Source: Chrysemys picta bellii
Taxonomy: Eukaryota
DNA: 64,000 bases
Reading direction: 5' to 3'
NCBI RefSeq assembly: GCF_011386835.1
Contig: NC_088797.1
Span: 113,646,001-113,710,000 of the forward strand
Shown here one piece after another: positions 1 through 12,197 of this stretch. The translations under genes were made by a program, and so were the position numbers. How positions within the stretch are numbered: the first letter of the stretch is position 1; every line of letters begins with the position of its first letter. The notes beneath the pieces were generated by a model. That model was not told the DNA's origin. It saw only the letters and a program-made list of their open reading frames with translations, and ran no database searches.

Positions 1-145
1 TGTATATTTTCATGAAAATAAATTTACAGTTAATTTCAAGTTCATGAAACTTATTTTAAAAAAAGAGAAAAGAAAGAAATCTGAAAGGTGCGTCGCTTCT
101 GAGTAAAAAAACATTCCACAGTCCAAAGATTTTGGATAAGAGTGA

Positions 146-231
146 CAGAGGGTCCTGTGGCACCTTTAAGACTAACAGAAGTATTGGGAGCATAAGCTTT
201 CATGGGTAAGAACCTCACTTCTTCAGATGCA
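146..231 (-). mobile_element. Penelope-like element terminal repeat fragment
   Basis: Same sequence family as the palindrome at 54977-55148 (gtcctgtggcacctttaagactaac...gcataagctttc...cttcagatgca). Assignment to Penelope is from recollection of reptile repeats plus the embedded hammerhead motif. Confidence 0.6.
190..230 (-). ncRNA. Minimal hammerhead ribozyme motif (PLE type)
   Basis: The minus strand reads GCAU CUGAAGA A GUGAGG UUCUUA CCCAU GAA AGCU U AUGC. Helix I is GCAU/AUGC, core is CUGANGA and GAAA, helix III is palindromic AGCU. Confidence 0.55.
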
Positions 232-2030
232 CTTCTTTTTACTTTTTTGTAACTTGCAAATTACCTGTAAAATGGGCATTGTATAACATACAATGAAAGC
301 ACTCACTGAGCTGTGTTGATATTACATTAACCAAGAAGATTTTAATACTTTGAATAGTAGACTAATGTAAATACATACTTTTATACTGAAAAGTTACACA
401 CAGTAGTGATTGTATAATTAATCTGAATAGTGAAAGATGAGTATCTAAAAAGCTCTTGCTCCTTAGGGGAAATATGATTTACATACAGTATGTTAGAAGT
501 GTTTGCCGCATACTCATTACAGTGCTAAAGTAAACTGCTCCAGCTGTAATATTTTGAAATTAGTTGTATAGCAGTTTTTTAAAAACATTGCTTTAATCTC
601 TAGATATTTAGAAACCAAGTATTTAAACAGCCAATACATCTAATGTTTTATTTGTTTACCATCATAAATCTTCAAGAACATAAGTCTCATAAAACTGATC
701 AGAGCAACTTAGAAAGGACTATTCAAGTAATGTACAACCACCAAACTTACTAACTCTTTCCAGGTGGCTGTATTGGAAGGAAAATTAGGTATTTTATGTG
801 ATTAAATAAATGTATTTAACTGGTGGAAAAATCATACACACATGATAAATTAAGTATAAAATAATATATTTTTATGGTCGTGATGCAAACCAAGACAACC
901 AATAAAATCATAACTATGGTAAGTCTGTCTGTCTTAACTTATATCATTTTTTTTTCTAGTCACTTTTTTTCATTGTGACAGGAGTTAAGGGGAGTTTCAA
1001 CTGTGACTTCAAATAAGTTAAAGTTGAAGTCAAAGTAATAAAAGCCAGGAAATTCAAACAGGTTTTACTATTTAATAAAATTTAGATTCTAAAAAAATAG
1101 TTGCAGTAAAATAAAGGTTCTGAATTAACCCGATAAAAATAACAGATATAAATAATCTAACCCTTAGGAAGCTAGCTGATTCCCAGGTGAGTGACATGGC
1201 GGAATTGGCTAATTACTATGCTAGGTAGAATTTTCTGTGCTCAGGAGGGAGCTTGGGTTTCTGGCATTTGGATGTTGGACAGGTCTTTTGATTGGAATAT
1301 GTCTCTTCCTGCACCATTTCATGGCAGCTGATTTTGCTCTCCTCAGTGGCCTGTTCTGCTGACATGATTTACTTCCCTTGTGCTAAGTCATGACCTCTCT
1401 TCTGGAGAGTAGAACTGATAAAGGGGTGTTTGCATTGAGAGACCAGGCATGGAACATTCAAGGAAGCCAGCATGGGACCTGGGTGTAGAGTCTGACAATA
1501 TGGCTAGCAGTGGAAAATTGGGACGAGAGCATGCTGTAGGCAGTGTGTGCAGTTGTTGGACATGGTTCTGGCAATCTGGAGTCATGGAAGGGGTGTGAAA
1601 TGCCTTGATTCCTTTAGGGTAATGGACAAAATAGGAACAAGAGCTTCCTTAATGTTCTGTGGATTAAGTGTCTGTTTCTCACCATTGTGCTTAAATACTG
1701 TACATGTAGCATGTAGGACTCGTCTGAAACTCCTTCTACATCAGAAGTTTGCACAGCTCAGGGCAGTGACAACCATTTCAAACATCACAATATTTTGTTG
1801 CTTTGATGATGAAAGCAAAGCCCTTATTGTGTTTTAACAATCTTTTGTACTTTTCCCCTTTTATTAATTGTGATCTCTCACCCCTAGGAAAAAACACTTA
1901 ATCATTTTTTCTCATTTGAGTGTCATCAGAATGCTTTGCATTATACATTCATAGAGAAAAATGTGGCCCCTGCCTCAAAGTTCTTGCGTTCTAAGATACT
2001 AATCCTGCAAACACTTACGTATATGTCTAA

Positions 2031-2345
2031 GGTTATATCTACACTGCGCACATTACAGTGGCACAGCTGTGCCACTACAGCCGTGCTGCTGTAAGGTACG
2101 CGGTATAGCCGCTCTTTGTCGGCAGGAGAGAGCTCTCCTGCCAACAAAATAAAACCACCCCCAACAAGGGGCGGTAGCTTTGTCGGCGGGAGAGCGTCTT
2201 TTGCCAACAAAGCGCTGTCCTCACCAGCGCTTTTCATCAGTAAAACTTTTGATGGTTGGGGTGTGGGGTTTTTTTTGTTTGTTTTTGTTTTTTTCCACAC
2301 CCCAACCAAAAGTTTTACCAACAAAAGTGCAGTGTAGACATAGCC
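2031..2345. mobile_element. PIF/Harbinger-type MITE
   Basis: TIRs ggttatatctacactgc / gcagtgtagacatagcc; preceded by TAA; internal palindromes. Confidence 0.75.
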
Positions 2346-2416
2346 AAACTTTACTCTCACAAATAATCCCATAAAAAATTAATTGGAATAACACCATTCT
2401 GACACACACATACTAA

Positions 2417-2711
2417 AGCCTTGTCTACAGTTAAAAACTTTTCCACTTTAACTATGCTGACATACTTAAAGTGGCAAAAAAAACCCCCAACAAAATCCTA
2501 GTGAAGATGCCATTATACCAGTATAAAAATATTTATGCTGGTATATTTTATTCTGGTTAATGAAGCACAATAAGCATTACTGGTGTAAAGCACCTTATTC
2601 TAGTATAACTGTGTCTACACTAGAGCTTTTACTGGCATAACTAAGCTAATTTAAAAAAAATCATCCCTTACTAACAGTTCTACTAGAAAAACTTAAGTGT
2701 AGATTAGGTCT
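2417..2711. mobile_element. PIF/Harbinger-type MITE
   Basis: Degenerate TIRs agccttgtctacag / agtgtagattaggtct; TAA on both sides (2414-2416, 2712-2714). Confidence 0.65.
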
Positions 2712-3786
2712 TAAGGTGGAGGTACCATGTTTGTGGCAGATTGTTGGGTGGATTATCATTGAAAACACTTCATAGGAGTAGTGTATTACACAAGAGGGAT
2801 TTGAAAGAAGAGGTGGAGGTTATTTTACCACACAGGATGGGAGTTAAAGCAGCTACATGGATCAAGGTGCCAAAAAACAACAGAGGAATAAATAAGCACT
2901 GTTTAGTAGCAGCAGAAGTCAGTTGATCTACCAATTATCTCTCTTTTTCTTAGGTGTCTTTGGGCCCAATGTCATCTTAATGAAGCTTATTTTAATATTT
3001 TAGTCATTTTGGATTATAATGGCAATTTTACATTACACTTTACATACTATTCCTACTAAACTTAATAGATAATTTACATTCGGATCATGCATGCGGTGAC
3101 TGAGCAATAGTACCCTGCCTTCTGGAATGGTTGTTTGTGGAGCTGCAAAATCGTATTAAAATTGATTTTTACTTTGCATGTGAGCAGCGGAATGCCTTTC
3201 TAATAGCCAATACGTACAAAATGCATTTTGTGAAATAGTAACCGTGCATACACACAACACAGTTTTGTTTTGAGGATGGTGACTTGTGAGCCAGAAAGAA
3301 CCAATTTGACTTTTGGTTCCCAAGATGAGTTGGCAGAGTTGTTTAATTAGAAAAGACACATCTTTTGACTTGTAAACTGAGCAAATTTAGTTTTGAAGTA
3401 AATGAGAAACAATAAATATAAAATACCACAATGCTAATTTTTACAGTCACTTTTGACAGTGGAACCACACGTTAAAAACAAACAGAAAAAATGCTTCCAA
3501 GCTGTGAACATATTTTTGTCATGTTTCCACAGAAAAACTTCACTGCCAATTTATCAAACCCTGGGAAAAATAAGGATAGGACCTTAACTATTTTGGCTTT
3601 GTTGTGTACTGCTACCATTAGAAGAACAGCAAATCTAATATACTTTGTTCTTTCATCAGACAGATATACATATTATATAGAAACATGTTGTTGTATTGGT
3701 TACATTGGTGACTGCAATTAAAAAATCCGAATGGCCTTGTGTAGTTAAGAATTTTCCTGAAGAGATGGAAAGGCTTATGATCAATA

Positions 3787-3788
<2 letters not shown>

Positions 3789-3837
<49 letters not shown>

Positions 3838-3850
3838 GAGAGAGAGAGAG
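3789..3850. repeat. Compound microsatellite (GT)n(AT)n(AG)n
   Basis: Directly visible dinucleotide runs. Confidence 0.95.
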
Positions 3851-5134
3851 TGTAAAGGAGTATGTCATTTTGTTTGTTTTTACATAATTGTAGTCAAATA
3901 CAATAATACATTAAAGTTAAGGGTGTGGCATTATGAAACAAAAGAAACAAAAAGACCCCAGTAACTTCAAATACACAACACATGCAGAAAAACCTATATT
4001 TGCAATTTTAAAGATATTCTAGTGTTCTCAGTCCGTGAGTTATGAGTACAGCTGCGAGAGTCTGGAACTGCTCAGGCTCACCTCAGGTTGGAAGAGCTGG
4101 CAGGAAACCAGGCTCAACGAGACCATGGAGCTCCCAAGTTAGTTAGTTAGACCTTCTCATTTAAAAAAAAAAAAAAATTACAAGGTTTCAGAGCACCTGT
4201 TTCTTCCTGCTTCATTCGGAAGGAGAATATTTCCCACTTATGTCTTAAAACTTGAATAGTGTGTGTTTCATTTGTAATCATATTTGTGTGCAATTGCAGC
4301 TAACTGCGTACCAAACATAACACTTGCTAATTTTGTAGATGGAATTAAGATGCCCACAGTGTCATAGTAAGTGTGCACATTTTTCAGTTTTAAAAAAGTC
4401 AGTACTCCTAATAGTTTACATTTCTAATTTCAAAATACAGATTTCATGTACAGTGACTGTTACCCACTCTTCTTTATCTGCTATTATGGAAGAGTATCTC
4501 AGAACTTGTTTTACAGGAACGTTTAAGTGGTTCAGTGCTATAAAAGATCTTGCTTCCTTAACCTTTCAGAAACTCAGTTGAGCAGTCATTGTATTATTCT
4601 GTATCTTGTCTGACATGAGGAAACAGTCCCAAAAGAAAGGTATCCCAAATTAACGCCACACTTCGTTAAATAAAGACATTCTTGGTTTTCACCAAGCTAA
4701 TTTGATCCAGTTCAGTTAACTCATTTTTTTGTCCTCAGAACAGATCACAAAAGGCACCCATGAATGAGTAAGTTCATCATGTGTTTGACACATCAGTGTG
4801 AGACTAAAAGGCAGACCTTGTGGGAGGGTTCCTGCCTTTAGATTTGTAGACAATACCTGATGAAAGAGGCCCCTCATTCAAAACTGTTCTCTAGTGAACA
4901 GGACAGAATGCCTCAGATCACTGTACAAACAGGTATAATAGAAATTAACCAGAACTTGATTTCGCAGACACCTTTTCCCTCACAATTGTGACTGTTCATG
5001 TAATCCAATCTTTATGTAATATTCTCAGTATTGCAGTTGATTCACTGGGCTTCAGTATAAACCAAAGATCAAACTTTCCTAGAGCTCATTTGGCCTGTAA
5101 TTGCTGTATAATTGCAAAATACTTGCTACATAAA

Positions 5135-5532
5135 TAGGCTTGAGAGAATTCAGTGGTTTTTTTTTAAATATAATTTGGATGTATTATATCACTTTTTAAA
5201 CAGTTTTTTCATTTTGTATCAATTTTAATTTTCACCATTGCAGGAAATTATGAGGGGAGGGCAATAGACAATAATTATTTAATGACAGTTGATACTGAGA
5301 TTCAAAAAGTTGAAACTTTATAACTATTAAAACACAGGTTGTCAACCTCAACTGTCAAAATATACAAAGTAAATCTTAATCAAACTCCAAGTTTTCAAGC
5401 AGCATTTTTTCTTACTTTGTCTAGCTGTGAATTTCTGTTATTATAGATGGAAATACTTCTTCCACTGTGTGTGTATAGTGAAATTGACATTTACCAACAT
5501 TTACCAATACAAATCTAATCCTTCCAAGCCTA
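5135..5532. mobile_element. Non-autonomous hAT element
   Basis: Termini taggcttg... / ...ccaagccta; 8-bp TSD tacataaa / tatataaa (7 of 8 identical). Confidence 0.7.
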
Positions 5533-7655
5533 TATATAAAATATACCCATTCCACTCTTCCATATCATCTACATATATGATCAGAGGTTTATAGGTTTAG
5601 CAAAGGAAGCAATGGAGAGCAACAAAATAGCCATTAATTATTTTAGGTTAATTTTTTTTACGTTAAAACTAAAAATGCTGTACAGTGTTTTCGTAACTTT
5701 AAAATTGTTCTTTCAGATGCTTGTAATCACCTTTCAGTAGCCTGAAATTGAAATGTTTCATTACCAAATTTAATTTTCCTTCTTCATGCACCAGCTTGTT
5801 TAATGTATTCATGAGTACTAGGCTATTGAGATTTTTTTTTTCTTATTCCTTTTAAAAATTAAAGGTGAATTCATTACTCATGAGCCAAGAAGGTTTTGGA
5901 TTGATCAGAATGGTTTGATACAGGTTACATGTAAGCAAGTATTGAGAAGGGCCCTTTTTCAAAAACTGCCTGCAAGCTTCAGCCTCAGCACTTTCAGTAC
6001 ATGTGTGCTCTTGGGCTGTGTATAACCCTTACAGTCATACCAAATTGTAGATTTTGTGATCTATATAATATAGGGACTAAAAATAATGCTGTCAAATAAA
6101 CGTAATTTATTACCATAATCCAGAATCGGAACCCATTTTCCGGAGAGTAAATGTTATTTCAGTAATCATTTTTAACAAGTATAAAAGGACACAGATGCAT
6201 TGGTTCTGAAAATGCAAATATATTTAGAAAATTATATACATGCGTGCCTGCCACTTTGACAATGGCAACTTTAGTATTATCCATATCAGCAGTCTATTGT
6301 CTCAGTTAATTTGGGAAAATTTTTAAATAGCTATGTTTTTATATGTGAATAATTTAATACGTTTGAGTGGTTATTTATTGATCTTATTATGCTTCTTTTA
6401 AAGCAAGTTGCTGTTTATATTTGTACCTTGTCCTTTAGTTTGATCCATATAAAAACAGATAAATGCAGTATATACTGTCCGATGTTAAATACTTACTTAA
6501 TTTTGATTAATACATTGTAACCAAAGCATTCTAAATGTGCGTGCACTGTTGGATCACCAAAAATTCTTGTCTATGACTGCTGCAGGGAGTAGGGGAGTTT
6601 GGGGCATGTGCTAAATGAAAGCAATGGGCTGCAGGAAGTTCTGTGGGAAGTTCACTAATGGGGATTTTGGAAAATTGAGCAAGAGGGGTGAAGAGCTAAA
6701 AGAATTGGATCAGAATAAAACTAGCAGCAACTAGTGTTGAGAGAGGGAAAAAAAGCTAGACAAGTAGCGTAAAACTGGAAGGACAAAAAAAATTGCCCCA
6801 TGTTAGATCTGGTAGAGAGTAAGCATTGTTAATGTGAGATGGTTTTTTCGACCTATGAAATAAGCTAGTGATTTCAACTGAGTTTCTGAAAAGCAAATCT
6901 CCAATAAAAAGACACCAGAGAAACTGGCACTAATTGGTACTTTTGTAATGACAATTTCAGTCTAGAGATGTATGACCAAGTGGACATTTGAAATTGTATT
7001 AGCATCTCACCCATAGAGATGATCTTTCTCAGGTCAGAGTTGAAGCATAATGACAGTGTAGTACGTGCAAACTGTGACTTTCATTATTTGAAGTTTACCT
7101 GGTCTGTGTCCATAGAGAACCTGAATTTCCAGGGCTATCAGTTGAACAGTTGAATCACTTACCAAAAAACAAAATAAAACAACAATCTTTAAAAGGCTTT
7201 TTTTCTATTTTTCAATGAAAAATTATAGCAATTTCATGAATGTTTAGAGTAGAAAACATGATTTCAAAAAATGCAAATGTGAGTTTTAACTTGATCTAAA
7301 ATTATAAAGTTCCAAAAAATGCATTTTGTATGCTACTGCAGGGCAAATTATTGAATTACCATTTGGAACCATCTTCCCAAATCCTTCATTTCTGTGTTTA
7401 ATGGTCAGTATAATTATAATATTATGATTTTAACTCTAATATATTTACAGGTTATAGAAACATTGCTTACATATTGTTTTATGAAAATTATCTTTGATTT
7501 TGTGTCTTTCTTAAACATATTTGAAGTCAAGAAATTATGTGAATGTTTCCACATTTCATATAAGCTATTTTAATAATGTTGACATTAGGTACAAAATAGT
7601 GGTTTTTGTTGATGAGTACATACCTATAATATTTTGTTTTTTGTTATTCCCCTAG

Positions 7656-7701
7656 TTTTACTATGAATCCTGCAAGCATTGAAGACCTCAGGAAAAAAAG
7701 G
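7656..7701 (+). CDS. RAB11FIP2: RAB11 family-interacting protein 2, penultimate coding exon (46 bp)
   Basis: Polypyrimidine tract and cctag acceptor, gtgagt donor. Encodes (S)FTMNPASIEDLRKKR, resembling mammalian SFHMSPTSNEDLRKIP, and splices in frame to the exon at 15447. Confidence 0.88.
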
Positions 7702-7955
7702 GTGAGTGACAGTGTAATGGAGAACTATCAGTTCTCCATGTACTTGGTGCCTGAAATGGACTAAATAACTAAACACGGTTTTTATTAACTTCTAATATGA
7801 AAATTTTAAAAACTTTCCTGCTTGTTTTATCCAGTAATTCTTAATGAAAGTCTCTTTCCTGGTCGGAGACTGGGTTAATTCAAAGGAACTGAAAAGAGAC
7901 TTAGAGACCCAATTTGCAGAGTATTTGGAATAACCGCTGAAGTTATAGTGTAGAA

Positions 7956-10900
7956 CCATCTCCTCAACCCCAGACCCCAAAACTACTTACCACCCAGCTG
8001 TCCGGAGGAGGGCCGCTCGAAGGGGAATGCACTTCAGAGCCCAAGATCTCGATGCCACACGCTGCCCTTCTGGGCAAAGAGACAACATGGCCAGTGAGTC
8101 CAGCGCCCTCCCCAAGAGCGACTTCATCTCCCCAAGCTTCTCTACCAGACCCAGAGGAATCACCTGGCAAGTCTGCAGGCACAACAGAGATCCACCCCAC
8201 GGCGGGTGAGGCAGGGGAAGAAGACCGCATCTACCTCCAGTACCCGCTCCCTACAGGTCTCCTCCTCTGCCCCTTCTGTCTCCCCGTCCATGGAGTCCAG
8301 ACCCTTGCGGCCCTCAGCAAACACGTTCGTAAAACCTACAACAAACGGATTGCTTTCCGGTGTAGCCGCTGCAATCTCCCGTTCGAGACCCAAAAGAAAT
8401 GTAAGTTTAATCAAGCCACATGCAGGGGACCCCCCACGACCGCGAAAGTGAATCCCACTGACATCCTCCTGGTTCCAACCCTGACCCCCACTGATGATCT
8501 GGCTTCAGCACCCCAGCCAGCATCCCCAGAGTCACAGCAGATAAGGGGGGACCAATCGCCAACTGAGGGAAGCGTAACCCCTGCCTCGAGGACTGACGAT
8601 GCCACCAAAAGGACCAGTCCCGTCTCCAGAATCCCCACGTTGGACCCTGCTGTGAGGGGGACCACCGCCACCTCTCAGGTCAACAACCTCACTAGATGCC
8701 TCAGCGACCTCATAAAAACCATCCGGGACAACATGGACACAAGACGCTGCAGCGCTCCCCCACAGGTAACCTCATGCCACCCTGCCGTAGGAGCAACTAG
8801 CATTGTCCCCCAGGCTGCATGGCGAGATCCAGCCAACGGAGGAGCCTCCCGTAGCCCCCAGATCCCACAGCCAGACCCCGCCCCTGGGAGACCCAACACC
8901 TCCTCCAAGTTTACCCAAAGAGCCTCTGACTGCCAAAAACCCCATGCCTCACCGAGGACCCACCAGCTGGATGCCGCCCGCAGAAGAACCAGAACCATCC
9001 CCAGCGCTTCCAAACACGACTGCGCCCCAACAAAGCCCTGCACCGGTGCTTCCAGAACCCCACTCCCTCCCGGAAGATCCAGTGCTACCTCGGAGACACC
9101 GAGAGCTGCCCTCCCCACCACACCAGGACCCCCGCCTCAAGACCCACCTGAACACCGCTCCACAGTCCGAGGGACAACAAGGCCGCAAACCGTCCCCGCA
9201 GCACCTGAACCTGCAGAGACAACGCAGCAGGAGGAGCGACGGCCACGAGCGAGGGTCGCCACTCCGTGGCAATCCGCCTGGATGGAGGAGCTGGCAAAGG
9301 CTGAGGACTTTGAGAACTTCGACACCCTGATGGACAGACTGACTGCAGAACTGTCTGCGGAAATTACGGCCAGAAGGAGGGAACCCCAGGAAACCGCATG
9401 GGCCACTCGCAGATTCCCTGCACCGAGCCGTAACAACACCGCCAGAGAAGGCAGGAGAGGGGATGTTGGCCACCGCTACGATCCGGTGGCTGCATCCCGT
9501 ATTCAGAAACTAAACAGGATGAACCGGACGAAAGCCATGAGGGAGATCCTCGACGGGACCTCCTCCTACTGTGCCATCCAGCCCGAGAGGCTCTACTCCT
9601 ACTTCAAGGATGTGTTTGATCACGAGGCCCAGACCAACTTGCGACGCCCAGAGTGCCTTTCCCCGCTACCCCGGATCGACCTCACAGAGGACTTGGAGCG
9701 AGATTTTTTCCCTGCAGGAGGTGCAGGCAAGGCTGTCAAGGACCAAAACCACCACCCCTGGAAAAGATGGCATCTGCTACCCCCTGGTGAAGAAGCGAGA
9801 CCCCGGCTGCTTGGTGCTCGCTGCCATCTTCAACAAATGCAAGCAGTTCCATCGCGTTCCCCGCTCTTGGAAAAAGTCCATGACCGTGCTCATCCACAAA
9901 AAAGGCGAATGAGACGACCCCGGCAACTGGAGGCCCATCTCCCTCTGCTCTACCATCTACAAGCTGTATGCCAGCTGCCTCGCTGCAAGGATCACAGACT
10001 GGTCAGTGTGCGGGGGCACCGTCAGGTCAGTGCAGAAGGGTTTAATGTCCTGCGAGGGATGCTACGAGCACAACTTCCTCCTTCAGACGGCCATCCAGGA
10101 GGCCAGGAGGTCCAAGAGGCAGTGCGCAGTAGCATGGCTTGACCTGACCAACGCCTTTGGGTCCATACCCCACCATCACATCTTTGCCACCCTGGGAGAG
10201 TTCGGGATGCCAGAAATCCTCATCCACATCCTCCGGGACCTCTACAAGGACTGCACCACCACCATCCGCACCACGGACGGCGAGACGTGAAACAAGGATG
10301 CCCCCTTAACCCCATCATCTTCAACCTGGCCATGGAACCACTCATCCGAGCCATCTCCAGCGGCCCGACCGGCTTCGACCTGCCTGGCAAGAAACTCAGC
10401 ATTCTGGCCTACACGGACGATCTGGTCCTGACCGTGGATGACCCAGAGAGCCTCCAAGGTATGCTAGATGCCACCAGCCGAGCTACTGACTGGATGGGGC
10501 TCCGCTTCAATGCGAAGAAGTGCACAACTCTGCACATTGACGGCAGCAAAAGGGACTCGGTGCAGACAACGGGGTTCCAGATCCAGGGTGAGCCCGTCAT
10601 CCCCCGGGCAGAGGGGCAGGCATACCAGCACCTGGGCACGCCAACAGGGTTCCGTGTCCGGCAGACACCCGAGGATTCCATCCAGGAGATCTTGCAGGAC
10701 GCCGCCAAGATTGATGCCTCCCTGCTGGCACCGTGGCAGAAGATAAACGCCCTGAACACCTTCCTGATCCCACGCATCTCGTTCACCCTAAGGGGATCCG
10801 CGTGGCGAAGGTGCCCCTCAACAAGGCAGACAAGATCATCCGGAAGCTGGTGAAGAAGTGGCTGTTCCTTCCCCAGAGAGCCAGCAACGAGCTGGTCTAC

Positions 10901-12104
10901 ATCGCCCACAGGCACGGCAGTGCCAATGTCCCCCGCATGGGTGACCTGTGTGACATCGTGGTGATCACCCACGCCTTCCGCCTGCTGACATGTCCTGACG
11001 CCATGGTGAGGAACGTTGCGGCGAACGCCCTGCGTGATGCGACAGAGAAGCGGATCGGCAGAGCCCCCTCGAACCAAGACATCGCCACCTTCCTGAGCGG
11101 CTCCCTGGATGGGGAATTCGGATGGGACGGGCACGCCATCGCTTCAGTGTGGTCCCGCACTCGCAACGCCACGCGTCGCCTGGGGAAGCGCATTGGCTGC
11201 CACTGGGAGTGGTGCGAGGAGCACCAGGAGCTGGGAATCCGGGTGCCACAGATCAGTCCGACGACAACACCGTCGTTACCTCGATGGCCAGGGGCTTGCT
11301 GGAGAGGACTCTGAAGGCCGCTGTCCGCTCGCTGTACGTGGAAACCCTGAAGCGTAAACCGGACCAGGGTAAAACCTTTGAGTTGACCAGCAAGTGGGAC
11401 GCCAGCAACCACTTCCTCGACGGGGGCGGCTTCACCCGTTTCGCCGACTGGCAGTTCATCCACCGTGCCCGGCTCAACTGCGTCCCGCTCAACGGAGCCA
11501 TCCGCCACCGAGACAAGCGTTGCAGGAAGTGTGGCTACCCCAACAAGACCCTGCTCCACATCCTGTGCAGCTGCAAACCCCACTCCAGAGCCTGGCAGCT
11601 GCGCCACAACGCCATCCAGAACCGCCTGGTGAAAGCCATCACGCCATGCCTGGGGGGAGATCTCCGTGAATTGCACCATCGCCGGTACCGACAGCCAGCT
11701 ACGACCTGACGTGGTCGTCACCGATGAAGCCCAGAAAAAGATCATCCTCGTCGACGTCACGGTCTCCTTTGAGAACAGGACACCGGCATTTCGCGAAGCC
11801 CGAGCTCGTAAACTGGAAAAGTATGCTCCCTGGCTGACACCCTGAGAGCGAAGGGCTATGAGGTGCAGATGGACGCCCTGATTGTCGGCGGCCTGGGAGC
11901 CTGGGACCCCTGCAACAAGCGTGTGCTGCGGACCTGCGGGATCGATCAACGCTACGCACGTCTCATGCGGCACCTCATGGTCTCAGATGCCATCCGATGG
12001 TCCAGGGACATCTACATCGAGCACATCACCGGCCACCGACAGTACCAGGAGGCATGAGCCAGAGTGACATCGTTCTCCCACTACGAGAAAAGGACCAAGT
12101 GACC
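7956..12104 (+). mobile_element. Utopia/NeSL-clade non-LTR retrotransposon with restriction-like endonuclease; decayed, 3' UTR truncated, 5' boundary uncertain
   Basis: Sharp GC rise. Single long ORF broken by frameshifts with N-terminal zinc fingers (CPFC...H, CSRC), RT motifs (NWRPISL, WLDLTNAFGS, KQGCPL, YTDD), CCHC knuckle (CRKCGYPNKTLLHILCSC) and RLE (RPDVVVTD...DVTVSFENR). The protein matches my recollection of turtle Utopia. Confidence 0.9.
8027..12057 (+). pseudogene. Disrupted Utopia ORF (ZnF-RT-CCHC-RLE)
   Basis: Pieces in ORFs 8027, 8052, 9571, 10006, 10287, 10733, 11122 and 11863. Frameshifts near 9710, 10287, 10800, 11250, 11655 and 11830; in-frame TGA at 9910; ends EHITGHRQYQEA-stop. 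Confidence 0.88.
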
Positions 12105-12125
12105 TTTCTCGTAGTGGGAGAACGA

Positions 12126-12197
12126 TGCAATGAAGTTTGAGAACCCCGGGACTAGATGACCTAACAGGTCTTTCCCATCTGTAAAGTCTATGATTCT
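12126..12197 (+). mobile_element. Terminal remnant of a hAT-Charlie-type MITE followed by a CR1-type 3' tail
   Basis: tgcaatgaagtttgagaacccc is the reverse complement of a ggggttctcaaactt hAT terminus. ggactagatgacc...tctatgattct is the CR1 3' tail motif. Confidence 0.55.

Noticed and set aside
1388-4581. Short 60-140 aa ORFs in the intron
   Set aside because: No homology recognised; they overlap MITEs or microsatellites and are of a length expected by chance.
7830-7990. Possible HDV-like ribozyme at the Utopia 5' end, as in R2-type elements
   Set aside because: I could not build the nested double pseudoknot by eye, and the 5' end may be truncated. It would need an RNArobo or Infernal search.
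10409-11973. Long antisense ORFs (241 aa and 358 aa) over the Utopia element
   Set aside because: Shadow frames of GC-rich coding sequence; no recognisable domains.
7938-12145. Apparent TSD tgaagtt...agaacc at both ends of Utopia
   Set aside because: The 3' copy is better explained as a hAT terminal inverted repeat (aagtttgagaacccc), and the two copies differ by indels.
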